This document shows positions 14,484-29,400 of a stretch of 64,000 nt of DNA, one piece after another. Under the pieces are notes generated by a model. That model did not search any database. It was not told the origin of the DNA and saw only the letters and a program-made list of their open reading frames with translations. Each line of letters opens with the position of its first letter. Within the stretch, counting starts at the first letter, position 1. Position numbers and translations under genes: made by a program. The DNA is from the human T2T-CHM13v2.0 reference genome, Homo sapiens, in NCBI RefSeq assembly GCF_009914755.1, contig NC_060928.1; one strand, 5' to 3'.

Positions 14484-14640
14484 ATACAATGAATACAATA
14501 TATATTCATTGTATGTATATTCATATACAATGAATACAATATATATTCATTGTATGTATATTCATATACAATGAATACAATATACAATGTATATTCATAT
14601 ACATACAATGAATATGTAATGAATACACACATATTCATTA
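14484..14640. repeat. 41-bp AT-rich minisatellite with an internal 12-bp inverted repeat
   Basis: Units start at 14484, 14525 and 14566; ATACAATGAATA-7 nt-TATTCATTGTAT. Confidence 0.92.
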
Positions 14641-14934
14641 CCAGTGCACACACATACACAAATGTAAATCTCTATAGGCATGCATATTTACCTATAAAGA
14701 TAGCCATAAACATATAAAATATGAGAATTTATTTTTTAAGTAGTGAAAAGGAAATATCTAAATTATCTCAACATGATGAGCTTTAGGAAATAAGAATCAA
14801 AATGTATATCTAAAAACACACAAAGCGTAAGTGGGATGTTACTGATAGGTATGATAGAAATACAATTCTATTTTCAAAATATCTATAAAATGCAAATTTA
14901 AAGAGGTTTCCATACAATATTTATAGTCATAATT

Positions 14935-15320
14935 GTCTATTTTATACAACAAGCAATTCCCAAATCTCAGGGACCTAAAAGTGTATTTCTCGTTTTCCCT
15001 ACATATGCACTGAAGGTTGGCAAGGAAAAGTCTTTCCATGAAGTTATTAAAAACAAACTGATGAAGAGTAGCCTATCTCATGACAGCCCTGTCTCAACAT
15101 GGACATGAGGATATTCCATAATAAGGGAAAAAAACGGAGAATCATGCATCAGCTCTTAAATACTCCCAGATGGAGATAATGCTGTCTTTTCTATTATTTT
15201 ACTGAACAAACAAGTCACATGGCCATACCTAACATAGGAAGAATTAGGATAATATTTCCATATGCTCAGATAGTTTAGACAATCAAAAACATTGGTGAGT
15301 ATTAATAATTTCTACCAAAC
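14935..15320 (-). mobile_element. Old ERVL/MaLR-type LTR (LTR33/MLT1K-like)
   Basis: CCCAAATCTCAG...TATTTCTC and AACAAGTCACATGGCCATACCTAAC motifs. Confidence 0.5.
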
Positions 15321-15964
15321 TTTAGGAAGTTTAATGTGGTAAAGCTTAGAGTGTCCTGATGTGTATGATGATTCTCCAAGGCCAGTGGAGAGACTATTTT
15401 GAATTTCCTAAACTTTTTTCTAAAAAAGTGATTTGTTTAAGTGGGAATGTTTTTCACTTAATCTCTGTGACCAGATCATGAAACAGTAGTTTATGCAATA
15501 CTTAGGAGGAGATAAACAGACTAAAACTATTTCACAGTTTCATAATAATAGTTAAGATTTTGATTTTTTTATAACTAAAAGATTCCTGTTTTGATAATTT
15601 CTTATTTATATGCATGATAGTAAAGGAAATAATAGTGATTTTTGTGGAACCTAAAGCTTAACCAATTAAGCACCCAATGTTGTTTTCTTTCTAACACTTG
15701 AATGGAGATATCTATGTAAATATAATGTCCATATCTATGTATTTATATATCTATCTATGAATCTATGCATCTATCTGTCTATCCATCTGAAGAATATTTC
15801 CCTTGTAACTGAAACATCCATGTCACTTTGTTGTGAATCTATTCCAACAGAAGGATCAAAAATAGAATTTCCTTTCTAGAGTAAATTCCTTAATACCATA
15901 CTGACATCACTATATCTATAGCTAAAAGAACCTTTTTATAACATGTTTTTATGTTTCACTCATT

Positions 15965-16690
<726 letters not shown>

Positions 16691-17238
16691 TTATTTTTAT
16701 TTCCTTCAAAATTTTATAAATATTCTTATCTGGGAATTAGTTTCTTAGTTTCTTAGTTAATCTGGAAATTAGTTTCTTAGTTTCTAAGTTAAGAAACTAA
16801 GAAATAGTTTCTCCTATTTCTCTTTAGTTAACATTCCCTAACTTAACATAAAAATACTACTTTTCAAAAAATGTCGAACAAGTTCAACATCAAGAAGCAT
16901 TTCACAAGAAGCTGTCTTCACAACAGGCAAAAGGTAGATTTTAAATCTACAATTGTTCTTTCATGCTTGATTTTTTAAAGTATGGCCAATAACAAAAGCA
17001 GTAAGATTTATTTGTAGTACAGAATTATACAATCACTCTATTGCTATAAGAAAATACAAAATAAAGTGATAAATCCTCATACAGGTCACATTTTTGTGTA
17101 CTCTGTAAGTTACAGTTCTCCTTGAGATCAGTTTACTATCTTTTCTTTGAAGAGGCTTTCCAGAAAGTTTTTATTGTTTGCATTGTTTCCTTAGTTTTTC
17201 TACTTCTTATTCATTTGTATCTATAAAATTAATGTTTG

Positions 17239-17568
<330 letters not shown>

Positions 17569-18734
17569 TTATACCTAGCCAACCAACCCACCTTTACTTA
17601 AGCCACAACCTGAGTTACCTTGAATCTGGCAGATTACTATTCAATATTTAGTGAAATTTGATATCTCCAACTAATAAATAAATATATTAACATTGAAGCT
17701 ATTTGAACCTTCCCATGTTAGGTGACTTGGTGAATAAATTAGACAATTCCAAGCTGGTTGACCAAATCTTCCCTCTGAATATCTCAACTAGCCTGTCACA
17801 GAAAAATGGCTGAACACAATCCAAAATACACTGAGAAAAAAATGCACTATTTGTGTTTTTTAGTGTGATAATTATTGTGTCATCCTAAATTCCTTTTGTG
17901 TCTTGAATTTGGACCTTTAATGCATTTTCAATCATTATATCTAATATATTTGTGATTCCAGTGAGTCCTCAAATTTTAATATATCAACATAATGCTTTAT
18001 TGAAAATGTACTTATCTGCATATTAATAGGTCTAAAAACACCTATTAATTTAATTAGAAGTTTTAAAGATGATGTATATATACATTTATACATTATAAAA
18101 ATAGGTTTTCAAAATAAACGATTAGCATGTCCACTGTCAATAATAAATTATCATCTTTGTAGTTCATACCCTCAAAAAGATTATTGTGTTAATCTTACAC
18201 ATGTAACATTATTTTATAATGCCTTCTAAATATGATATGAAAGTGCACGTGATTTATTACTGTACTTTGTATTTTCTGAGTCAGGCATTATTAACCTGCA
18301 TTTCAATAAGAAGTGATCAACCATTTTTCAATGAATGCAGCATCTATAATTCTAAATGAATTTTAAGTGCTATAGTGATTTCAGTGAGTGAACTCTTCAG
18401 AAACAACAGACTTAGTAGGCACCCTGAAAGGACTATATGTAAAACAAGCCAAGCAATCAATCAAACAAAACAGTGTGAGATTACTCTAGCCAAACTTGTT
18501 TGAGGAAAAATACTGCAAGGTCAAAACCAAAATCTTTTGTATGTGTGTGTCATTTACCATGTGATCATGGCTCTGTGGCCCACAGAGTTCTAATATTCAA
18601 AAATTGTTTTGAAAACACTCCCAAAAACTGAAGTGTCTGAATGTTATCTGTTTAGAATTATCATCAAATCTGGAAGTGTTGAGTAATTGAAATGAAACCC
18701 ATACAAAAGATTCTTCCCACTAAAAGTCAATGTA

Positions 18735-19182
18735 TGCTGGGTGCGGTGGCTCACGCCTGTAATCCCAGCACTTTGATGGCTCAAGCCTGTAATCCAGGCT
18801 GAGTCAGGAGTTCGAGACCAGCCTGGGCAACATAGAGAGACTGTACCCTGCCAACCAACCATCTGTCCAAAATATAAAAATATTTTTTAAAAAATTTAGC
18901 CAGGTGTGGTGGCTCACAAGCCCAGAGTTCAAGAACAGCATGGGCAACACAGAGAGACCCCTATCTCTACAAAGAAATGTAAAATTTAAAAAAAAAAAAT
19001 TAGTTCTGTGTGTTGTTGCATCTCTGTGGTTCCAGCTACTTGAAGGGCTAATGTGCATCATCCCCCACAAAGATCGCTAGAGCCCAGTAGGTGGAGGCTG
19101 CAGTGAGCTGCGATCATGCCACTGCACTCCTGCCTGGGTGACAGAGCAAGACCCTGTCTCTCAAAAAATAAAAAATAAAAAA
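18735..19182 (+). mobile_element. Rearranged AluJ-like element with an extra left monomer
   Basis: Two deleted left-arm copies, each followed by an A-rich linker, then a right arm; flanked by AAAAGTCAATGTA / AAAAGTCCATGTA. Confidence 0.85.
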
Positions 19183-22100
19183 AGTCCATGTAGTTTCAAT
19201 TTGTCTATATATTTGTATCTGTGTGTGTATATGTATATATGTATATATATAAGCACACACATATAGCGTGCTTCTGAAAAATATTTTTGTTCCTGGTAGA
19301 AATGCTACCTTATGATTTTACTTAATTTGTAACTCAGTTTCAATACTACGTTCAGTTTGACATCTGTTACTAAGAAAAAACATGTGGAGTATGCCTGAAA
19401 TAGAAGTTTCACTATTCTGCCATTTAGTGGTAAGTCTTGAATGAAAAACAGATATATAACCACATTAATAAAATTTGTTTTATTTTTCCTCTAAATTAAG
19501 GAAATTTTTAATTTGTGGTGCTTTTGGTTTTTGCTAACAGTTTAGAACTTCCTAAAGAATATTGGCTAATCAGGATTGTATCAGAATAATATATTTTGTT
19601 TGGAATCCTAGATATTCAAGAGATAAGTTATGTTGAATAAATATTGACATACTTGAGAAGGCCAAGTGCTTCCTAGAAAGACATACTGGGCCTAATGTTT
19701 TTAAAGGAAGACTTTCGACATGGAAGAAAAATCAGTTTACATGGAAAATATAACAGTAAAGCCACAGAGTTCTTAATATAAGACAGAGATCATTGGAGCC
19801 TTTTGAGCCAGAGAGAAACATGTGTGCTTCCTGTCTGAGGCAGTATGGGCTGTAACCTCCCAGAAACCTTGATGTCAGCTTGGTTCTACCTTAAATGCTC
19901 TTCTAAAGTTTTATCAAAATAAATTAACAGTGTCTAGAAATGTGTCTGAGGTACAATAATTGTTCAATAAACAATTATTATTATTCTCTGGCATCTATTT
20001 TCATTGATTCTGTACAATGAAGTTAAGATTCTTTTAAGTTAATGTTCAAAGACATAAAGAAATGTTACAACAGAAGAATTACTACCAGAAAAAAACATTA
20101 AAACATCACATTCACTAATAAGCAAATGTAAATAAAAATCCAGAGTGCATTTTTACTCAACAAAATCATGGCACCCAACACTGTGGTTAAATAATATCTC
20201 AACCATTGCTAGTCTGAATGTATTGATGTAATCATCATGGAAAATAATATGACAATACCTATTCCTATTACTTAAAAGTGTTCATGTGATTTTACCAAGT
20301 AATTCAACTTCTGGGGAAATGTTATAATAATAAAAGCATAACTGAATTTCAAATATACGTTTCAAAAGTTTGTAGATCACTAGACATTTACATAAAAACT
20401 GCATGCCAAATAATAGCAAATTTTACTAAAATTTGGCCTTAATGTAATCTCAATAAATCACATGTGCTGCAGTTAAATTTAAATTTCATATAGGAAAGAT
20501 CAACTAATTGCAAAAATGCCATTATAGAGAAATCAATTACTTTAGTATGAAATCAGGAATGAATAACACTATCACATGAAGCTATGTTAAATCATTAGAA
20601 ATCCAGTTTTGTTTCTTTTTCCAGAATGCTCCAATGGAGGTATTCAACTGAATCATTAGGGCATATATGATACTCTTTCTCTCTGATAAAAAGAAAAAAG
20701 AAAAAAATTTAATTGGAAAAAGTTTTTAAATTAGCAGGTTTTATATTTTGAGCAGAATGTTTAAAAATCATGTAGCAACTTCCCAATCAAAAATAACTTG
20801 AGATAGTTTTTATTTTCAAATATGTAAGGTATATAAATATGAGACATGGTCCTTGGTATGAAGTTGCTAACTCAAAACATTACTGTCTGTTTAACAGTTT
20901 CTGAAGACTGATATTCTCTAACTTTGTGCCAGTTTTAAAAGTTTGAAAGGTTCTGAAATAGAACAAAAAATGATGTTTAAGTCCATTGTAGTTGAGCTAA
21001 ACAGCAAAATTTTAGGATGTGACCTGCCATATTCTAATGACTATCACAGATTAATTTAAGCCTGCTGGTGCTTTACAGAAGTCTCTTGTATACTTGGCAT
21101 CTTGTCACATTCTATTTTCTGGATCAAGAGCCCAGTGTTAAGATCTAGAAACTGGGGCAGTAAAAGCCTGAGTATCACACAACAGGGTTTCCATAGTGTC
21201 CTAACCATTTATAAATCAAATCCATTTAAGGCCAATAATAAATAGGACACAGCAATTTCAAGAGAAACAGTGTGGCTTCTTCAAATATTTAAACAATTCC
21301 GAATTTTGCAACTTCAAAAAGTTATTTTGCATTTAAAAATACCTTTATTTGCTCTACCTGAAGACTATTTTTGAGGCAAAACAAAGCAGCACTAGAAGGC
21401 CAGAATCAGAATATTCTTAATGCCTTCTTGAGCTCCCTCTACTGATTTTTAGACAGTTTTTAATTTAACCGAAGTGTTCAGCAAAACATGTATAATTAAC
21501 CAGAAGTCCAGTAGAGTAGCATCCAGAGCAGTTTTCACAGCTGGGCACACAGTCCGACTACAGACATTATCAATTAAGTTGTACTATTTGTGCACAGACA
21601 GGGAAACAAACAGAATGAAAGCCCTTCGACTTTCTCAGGCCTCAGGACATGTAGAGAAACAGGGCACTGGCTAAAAGAAAATAAACAGTTGCAGAGGGTA
21701 TTAATTTGAAATCGTTGTTGTCATGAATTGTAAAGAAGTAGACTTTAAATGCAAAGCATTTTCTAGAAACTTTCTCTTCAGTTTTTAATGATTTTTACTC
21801 CAATTAATTATAGCTTTATGAGAAATCTCACCAAGGAAATAATTCAGGAAAATCTTTGGCACAATTCACGCACTTCTTTCAAGTCTTATTTTCTTTGTAA
21901 GCGCACTAACTCTTGATATTCTGCCAAAGGATTGAGATATTGTGCATTTAATTTTTGCGTTTATTTTCTAAAGGTATAGATGTATTTTTATTACTATTAT
22001 TTCTTTTGCTTTTTTCCCTACATAGTCCCATGATGTCACACTATTTGAATAAACAAAGCAATTTCATAATAACAAACAATCACTGTAGTTTCTCAAGCAT

Positions 22101-23097
22101 GTGCACAAACCCAAAAAGTGTTGTAAACATTTCTCTTTCCCTAATAATGCCATAGTGTCTGGGATAATGAATCGTTGACATAAATACCAGCTCACTCAAT
22201 CATTGCCTTAAAGGAACATACATTTTAGAGAACTTAAATTTTCTATGAAAAAATGTGAAGTTCTGAACAAACAAACTGCACAATGCTAAAAGGGTCTAAA
22301 TTTATACTCAGAAATTAGCTTTAAGTCCCAGAATTTAGTTGCAACATGCTCTGTATAGTATGTTTAAAACTGGAAAGAAAAAAAAAAACCGACAACATAT
22401 TTCAAATACATTGTAGTGCCAAACAAAAATGAAAGCTAATTTTCATTAACAAGAAAACCACAAAAAGTAATTACTTTTTTCATGATATGTGCCTTCCGGT
22501 TTTTGCCAACAATTTGTCATTTAAAACTGAATAGAATTTTACAAATTGAAGTTCATTCAAGAGGATTTTAAGGTATTATATCCCATCAATACTTGATAAT
22601 CATAAACTTCTATTTTGTGAGTAGATGTTCAGTATTCAACATTCTTCCACCCTAAATGTATTGACTTCTTACTGGATGATAAACTCTTTGTTAAAGTCCC
22701 TGGGGTTTACTAATGTCATGTCTTCTCAGTTATAATTATGGATAAAAACATACCCTTTTTAGAATGATAAGGAATCTTAACTTCAATCAGAAATTACTTG
22801 ATGGGTTCCTCAGAATGGCATGAAGATGGAACCTATGATAACTCCAATCTTAGGTAGCACTCTTATCCCTTAGTAATACTTTACCTGTTTTACTTTTTAC
22901 CTGAACACTTATCAATGCCAGATATTATATTACACTTTGGCCTTATTAGTTTGCTTATTGTCTATCTTACTACAGAGAGGGTAGGGCAGGTACTCTGTCT
23001 CTCTCATTGCTACCCATCCCCAGCACCTGAAAGGGTACCTGAAACAGCAGGTATTTAATATATTTATTGAACTAATTTATTTCTCTTAAAATAACTA

Positions 23098-23370
23098 TAT
23101 ATATGTGTGTGTATATATATGTATATTATATATGTATATAATAATATATGTATATTATATATGTATATAATATATGTATATTATATATGTATATAATAAT
23201 ATATATGTATATTATATATGTATATAATAATATATATGTATATTATATATGTATATAATAATATATGTATATATGTATATATGTATATACATATATATGT
23301 ATACATATATATGTATAATACATGTATATTATATGTATACATATATATGTATATGTATATATATATATTT
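23098..23370. repeat. AT-rich (TATATG/TATAATA) low-complexity tandem array
   Basis: Repeated ~28-30-nt units of ATATATGTATATTATATATGTATATAATA. Confidence 0.95.
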
Positions 23371-23664
23371 ATATTTATTTTAGACGGACTTTCACTCTTG
23401 TTGCCCAGGCTGGAGTGCAATAGCATGATCTCGGCTCACCACAACCTCCACCCCTTGGGTTCAAGTGATTCTCCTGTCTGATCCTCCCGAGTAGCTGGGA
23501 TTACAGGTGCCTGCCACCATGCCCAGCTAATTTTTTGTATTTTTAGTAGAGATGGGGTTTCACTAGGTTGGCCAGGCTGGTCTTGAACTCCTGATCTCGG
23601 GTGATCCACTCGCTTCGGCCTCCCAAAGTGCTGGGATTACAGGCTTGAGCCACTGCACCCAGCC
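23368..23664 (-). mobile_element. AluSq/Sp-like
   Basis: TTTCACTCTTGTTGCCCAGGCTGGAGTGCAAT...CCACTGCACCCAGCC. Confidence 0.94.
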
Positions 23665-24576
23665 AAAATAGCTATAATCTCAATAATATTTTTTAAAGTA
23701 TTGCTTATAAAAGAATGAAAAATCGAATTTACCTTTTAGTTAGTTATCTTTATTTAGCTTTTGTCAAAATAAAATTGTTTTAATTGTATATAAAAGATGC
23801 AAGTGCAATGGCTTTTTTCTGTGTAATTAATGTTAGTAAAAATCATTGCCCAATAATTTACTAATCTTTAGACTACATAAACAAGAAAAAAGTATCCATA
23901 GCATGTAAATCTTTTGTTGAAGATCTTATGAACATGACATTTTTTCAAATGTTGAAGTTTTTCTTTTAAAGTAAATCTAAAGTATATTTCTTGCACTTTT
24001 CCTAAATAGCAAGTGTAAAATGTCATGTTCACTTTCTACATAATTACTATGTTATCTATAAAAGAGCATAAATATAATGTTAAATACAAGTTTCTGATTT
24101 GCATGAAAATAGTCCATGTTGCATGCAATAAGTTCATAATAAAATATCCTTTGTGTGGTTCTCAGTCAGAGACCAAAGTTAAAAATGGGAAAACACAGCA
24201 GATGACCAAACACTAATATCAAAAAACATTAAGCAAATCCATCATTATAAATCTATTATAGTCCTAAATGTACAAAGCATTATGTAACAAATGCAAGCAT
24301 AAAAAGAGAATAAAATCCAATGTGGATCAATTAATTTATATATATATGAAGTAATTGTAAACTATGCAGGTTTTTTTTTACACACAGAAGAAGTTTCTAG
24401 GCTTCTTCCTATAAAAGATTTAATTAGGAAGAACAGCCTACGACATATTAACGAATCCAAAAGCCACTCCAGACTGTCTACTACACAGTTTAGGTGATAA
24501 ATTTAGGGTTAGAAAGAAAAGCCCAGTGGCATTCAAGCAATAAAGACCAAGGTTTAAGTAAAACTTCAACCAGGTA

Positions 24577-25113
24577 CAGTAGGCAGAACACTACCTGAAT
24601 CCCAGTGACACCCACTCTTGTATAATCACCTCACCTTGTGTGTAGGCAGGACCTATAACTTGCTTTTGACCAATAGACCATGGCAAAGGTAATGTGCTAT
24701 TGCTCTTGTAGTCACATTATATGGCAAAAAGGAAGGGATTTAAAGATGTAATTAAATGTATATCAAAAGGGAGATTACCCTAGCTGGCCCTGACTGGATA
24801 AGTGAGCCTTTAAAAGCCGGGTTAGAGGTCAGAAGCAGAAGCAGTCAGATTAATTCTTCTGCCGACCTTGAAGAGGCAAGTCTCCATGAGTTCTGAGCCG
24901 CAAAGAAACAAATCCAGCCAACTGTTAGGTGATCTTGGAGAATCTCAAGCCTCAAATAAAAACCCAGGGCTGGCAGAAACCTTGACGGTGAGGTCCTGAG
25001 CAGAGGAGCCAGCTCACCTGTACCCAGACTCACAGTTCATGGAAATCCGGAGATAATAAATGTTTATGTGGCTAAGTCTGTGATAATTTGTATGTCACAA
25101 CAGAAAACATACA
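24577..25113 (+). mobile_element. MLT1 (MLT1E-like) MaLR LTR
   Basis: GGCAGGACCTATAACTTGCTTTTGACCAATAGACCATGGCAAAGGT...GAGATAATAAATG...CTAAGTCTGTGATAATTTG. Confidence 0.78.
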
Positions 25114-25671
25114 TATGTTTTAAAAACATGAACATTTTGATGAGATCCAAAGTGACACTGACATGACATTTACTGCAACAAAAACTGCAACAACTCTGAA
25201 AATCACATGGGAGCACAGTATGCTCTTAAACTATAAGAACTTTTGACTGAATGCAGAAGAGTGGGACCTAAACAGGGATTCTTGAAAGTACAACAGTCCA
25301 GACAGGACATTGTGTTTATACAGAGGTAAGGAACTATGTGATGGTTTAGATTTTAACTTATCTTTGTTTTGCATGTGTGCATTTCACATATCAGAAAATG
25401 GAAAAATAGGTTGACTACTTGCAGGGTGTAGAACCAATTAGAAGAATCTTTAAAGCAGCAGAGAGTGTCAACTTAATGTAAAAATTAGAGATCTAATGAT
25501 GATTTCTGAACACAGTGGCATTTTAAAGCATATTTTAATCAAGAGAAATCCAGAGAAGATATGAAATCTGTAACAGCAGGACATAAAGAGTAGGATCTGA
25601 TCATGCAGTTGACTTCAGACAAAACTTGGTCTAAGTCTCAGCTCTGTGGGCAATACCTTAAGACTTGGTTT

Positions 25672-26488
25672 CAGAAGACATACAAACATGAAAAAATGCT
25701 CCACGTCACAAATCAATCATCAGAAACATGCAAATCAAACCACAGTAAGACACCATCTCGCACCAGTCAGAATGGTTATGATTAAAAAGTCAAAAAACAA
25801 CAGATACTGGTGAGGCTGCAGAGAAAAGGCAAATCTTATATGCTATTGGTGGGAATATAGATTACTTCAGCCACTGAAGAAAGCAGTTTGGAGATTTCTC
25901 AAATAACTTAAAACTGAAATACTATTTGACCCAATAATGCGATTACTGGGTAGATAGCCACAAGAAAATTAATCATTCTACAAAAAACATACATGGACTT
26001 GCATGCTCATTGCAGCACCATTCACTATAGCAAAGACATGGATTCAACCTAGGTGTTTATCAATGGTAGATTGGATGAAGAAAATGTGGTACACATACAC
26101 CATGTAATACTACACAGCCATAAAGAAGGATAAGATCATGTCCTGTGCAGCAATGTGGGTGCAGCTGGAGACCATTATCCTAAGCAAATTAACACAGGAA
26201 CAGAAAACCAAGTATCCCATGTTCTCAGTTATAAGTGGGAGCTAAATATTGTATATACATGGACATAAGGATGACAATAGCAAGCACTGGAGTCTACAAG
26301 AGTGGAGAGGCGGGAGGGAGGCAAAGGCTGAAAAACTAATTATTGGGTATTATGCTCAGTACCTGGGTGGTGGGATCACTCATACCCCAGACCTCAGCAT
26401 CAGGGAATATATCCAGGTAACAAGCATGCACATATATCCCCTGAATCTAAAATAACAGTTGAAAAATAATTTAACTTTTTTTAAAAAA
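25672..26488 (+). mobile_element. L1 (old L1PA/L1PB) 3' end, 5'-truncated
   Basis: CATGAAAAAATGCTC...CAGTCAGAATGG...AAAATGTGGTACACATACACCATG...ATAAGTGGGAGCTAAA...CCCCTGAATCTAAAATA. Confidence 0.9.
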
Positions 26489-29400
26489 AGATGGTTTCCC
26501 TATATCTACATTATAAACTGTTATGCATATAAAATGAAACTGTGTTTATAAATGCTTAAGACTATGCACAGGATTTTATGAATCATCAGAAATTTTGTCT
26601 CATTATTACAGCAGGAAGAAACAAGAATAAGGAGACTAGTGCAAAGAATGTCAAAATAATTTTGTCTCAGTTTGGACAGTCTGGGTCAAGGTAAAAATGA
26701 TAAGAGAAAAATAGAGAATAGGGAATCAGACAAAGCTACATGATAAAGTGAGGGATGTAAAAGTTGTGTACCTGCTGCGTATTGTATAGGAAGAACAATG
26801 TAATTTTTAAATATTTATAAATTTTTAGGCCAAAGTAAATTGAAGGAGAATTTGTCATCAACTGACTGCCAGAAAAAAAATAGAATGGGGATCATGTTAG
26901 GGATGAGATCATGAGTTCATGGGGTTTTTGCTGTCACCATGAAATCAGAGTTAAAATGTCCAGCAGACCTTTGTAAATACATTAATGGACTTCAAATCTG
27001 GGTCACAGCTACAGATTTGGAGGATATCTGTGAAGAGATGATAATTGTAGCTGCTGGAGTGAATAGACTTCCTAGGGCTCCACAGAGAATCAGGAACAAT
27101 GAGTTACACGAATGGTATACACAATCTCGTAAAAATTTCAAGATTAAAAACATTTATGCCAGACTTCTTGTCAAAAGTGAAACATTGATTATTGTTAACC
27201 AATATGTAAAATATAAAATAAAAGGCCCTATACGCTTTCCACTTTAAAGTTAAACATTCTTAAGAAAATCAAACTTTTCTATCTCCTTTGGGATCCACTT
27301 AATAAAGACAACCAAAAACTTGTATAATGGGGATTCAGTAGGGAGTCTGATGCAACTTTCTGGCACACCTGGGAGCTGTGTTATAATTACTGCTAACAGC
27401 AGTCACCTCTTCTCTTTCTCAGTCACCCTAAATGCTATATGAAAACAAAGAGCAACAGCTAGTGGCCAGTATTTCCCTTTACATCAAATGCAATTAGATA
27501 GAAACAATAGAATAAAGTATTTAATGTTTCCAAAGCCTTCAAGAGCCCGCCTTAGATTACCTCCTTAGTGCTGTGCCTCAAAGCTAATCATTTGTTTTGA
27601 TTATTTTATTTAATCTTGATTTAATCTCACAGACTGTTCAAAACTTTAGTAGCTAAGTAATCTGAAGGATTACATATGAGTAGCAGTTGATACCACAAAT
27701 GCTGATTGCTTGAAATGGTCTAAATTTCACCAAGTGTTTGAATTTCATCTCCAGTAGGACTTTTAAGGGAAAAAGAAAAACAACTTGAACTCCTAGGAAA
27801 CATTATCTACTCTATTCTGTTGTTTCTTATGCTGTTTGAGGCACCAAGGGAAACACTGGCTGCTGCTAAAATTTTGAATATTCTATGAGGTCAATTAATG
27901 TAGCATCTTTATAACATTAAATACAGAGGGAAAACCCCTTAAGGTCTTTGGTATTATGTATTCTAAAGTGTGTATACTAAAGAATATACGCTATAAAATA
28001 ATTTCAATGACTTAATAATTAAGGAATAGTCTTGGGGAAATAATAAGAGGCATTTACATATAGTAAAGAGATTATCATAGTAAAAATGCTTAGTTTTGAA
28101 AATGATATAGCTAGTTACTGGACTTTTGACCTAAATAGAGGTACTAGACATGTAAACTTGGTTTGATTCCCTAATTCATCTATTCCTAGTTGTGTGACCA
28201 TAGGATACAGTGGTATGGAGATTTGATGTGAATTTCTGCTTTCTTATATTCATATGAGTAATTAAGAATTCAATAGTATCAATCTTTACAAAGCCATGCA
28301 AATGTTACATTACTTAATATGGGTTTATGGCCTGATATCAATAAAATATATATGAATACCTATTAATATTTTGAATGGTATCTATGTCTATCTTATTCCT
28401 TTTCCCAGATGAAAAAGCAAATTCAGGATCAAAGACCAAATGATACCAATAGACACTCCATTATGAAGCAACAAATGTCTTTACTAGTACCAACTCACTG
28501 CTTCTTTTTCTTTAGAAATATGAAGAGCCAGATTCCATAATCCTAAGTGAGGCAGCTCAGAGTCTGATTGACAGTAGAGTCACAGCAATTGCTGCGGCTT
28601 TGAGAAAAGGGACATGTAACTACAGAGGGCAGGTAGGCATTTGTGTTTTCATGTAAGGACATTTACTTTTAGGGTTTTGGAATTTTAACAATAATAATAA
28701 CTCAAGAGACAAAAAAACAATATCTAGTGGTCCAACTACAAAAGGTAAATTATTTCCATTTCATCATCATCTTTGGGGAATATAGTTCAGGTGTGTATGT
28801 TTTAATTGCTACTGTATGTATGTCTTAATTGCTACCTTGGTGCTACATTCACAGAGAAAATACATCAGTAAAGTAAGTTTCTCTATTACAATGTATATTT
28901 AAATACAACTCAATGAAGAAGCATTTTTAAATCTTTTGCTTTGGAATTGTTACTTGTGCAATGAACTAGTTATGAGTTGAAATAATATTCTATGTATTGA
29001 CATACAAATGAACTCACTAAGCAACCACTTTGCTTTAGAGATGTATGTAATTTAATACCAAAAGCCACATTAAATTAATATTAATTACTTGATTTTAAAC
29101 CAAGAAAGTTCAGAGTGAAGCTGTTCTCTTATTTTACCACATTTATGTGTGAAAACATTAGTACACAAGGAATAAAAATATGTTATGTGCAGGGATATCC
29201 AGGCTGTGTTCTACAGAGGTGCATGGCTTATTATCTGAAGATTTGTAGGAAGTAAACTTGATGTTTTACTTTTATAGATTGTAATTTCCAAATCCTTTAT
29301 CAGAACTCATATTTTTAAATAATTAATGTGGTGCTATAAACTCTTCATTATGCACACATCCATTTTGTTTTTTATTCCTGGCAAATATTCATTTTCAATT

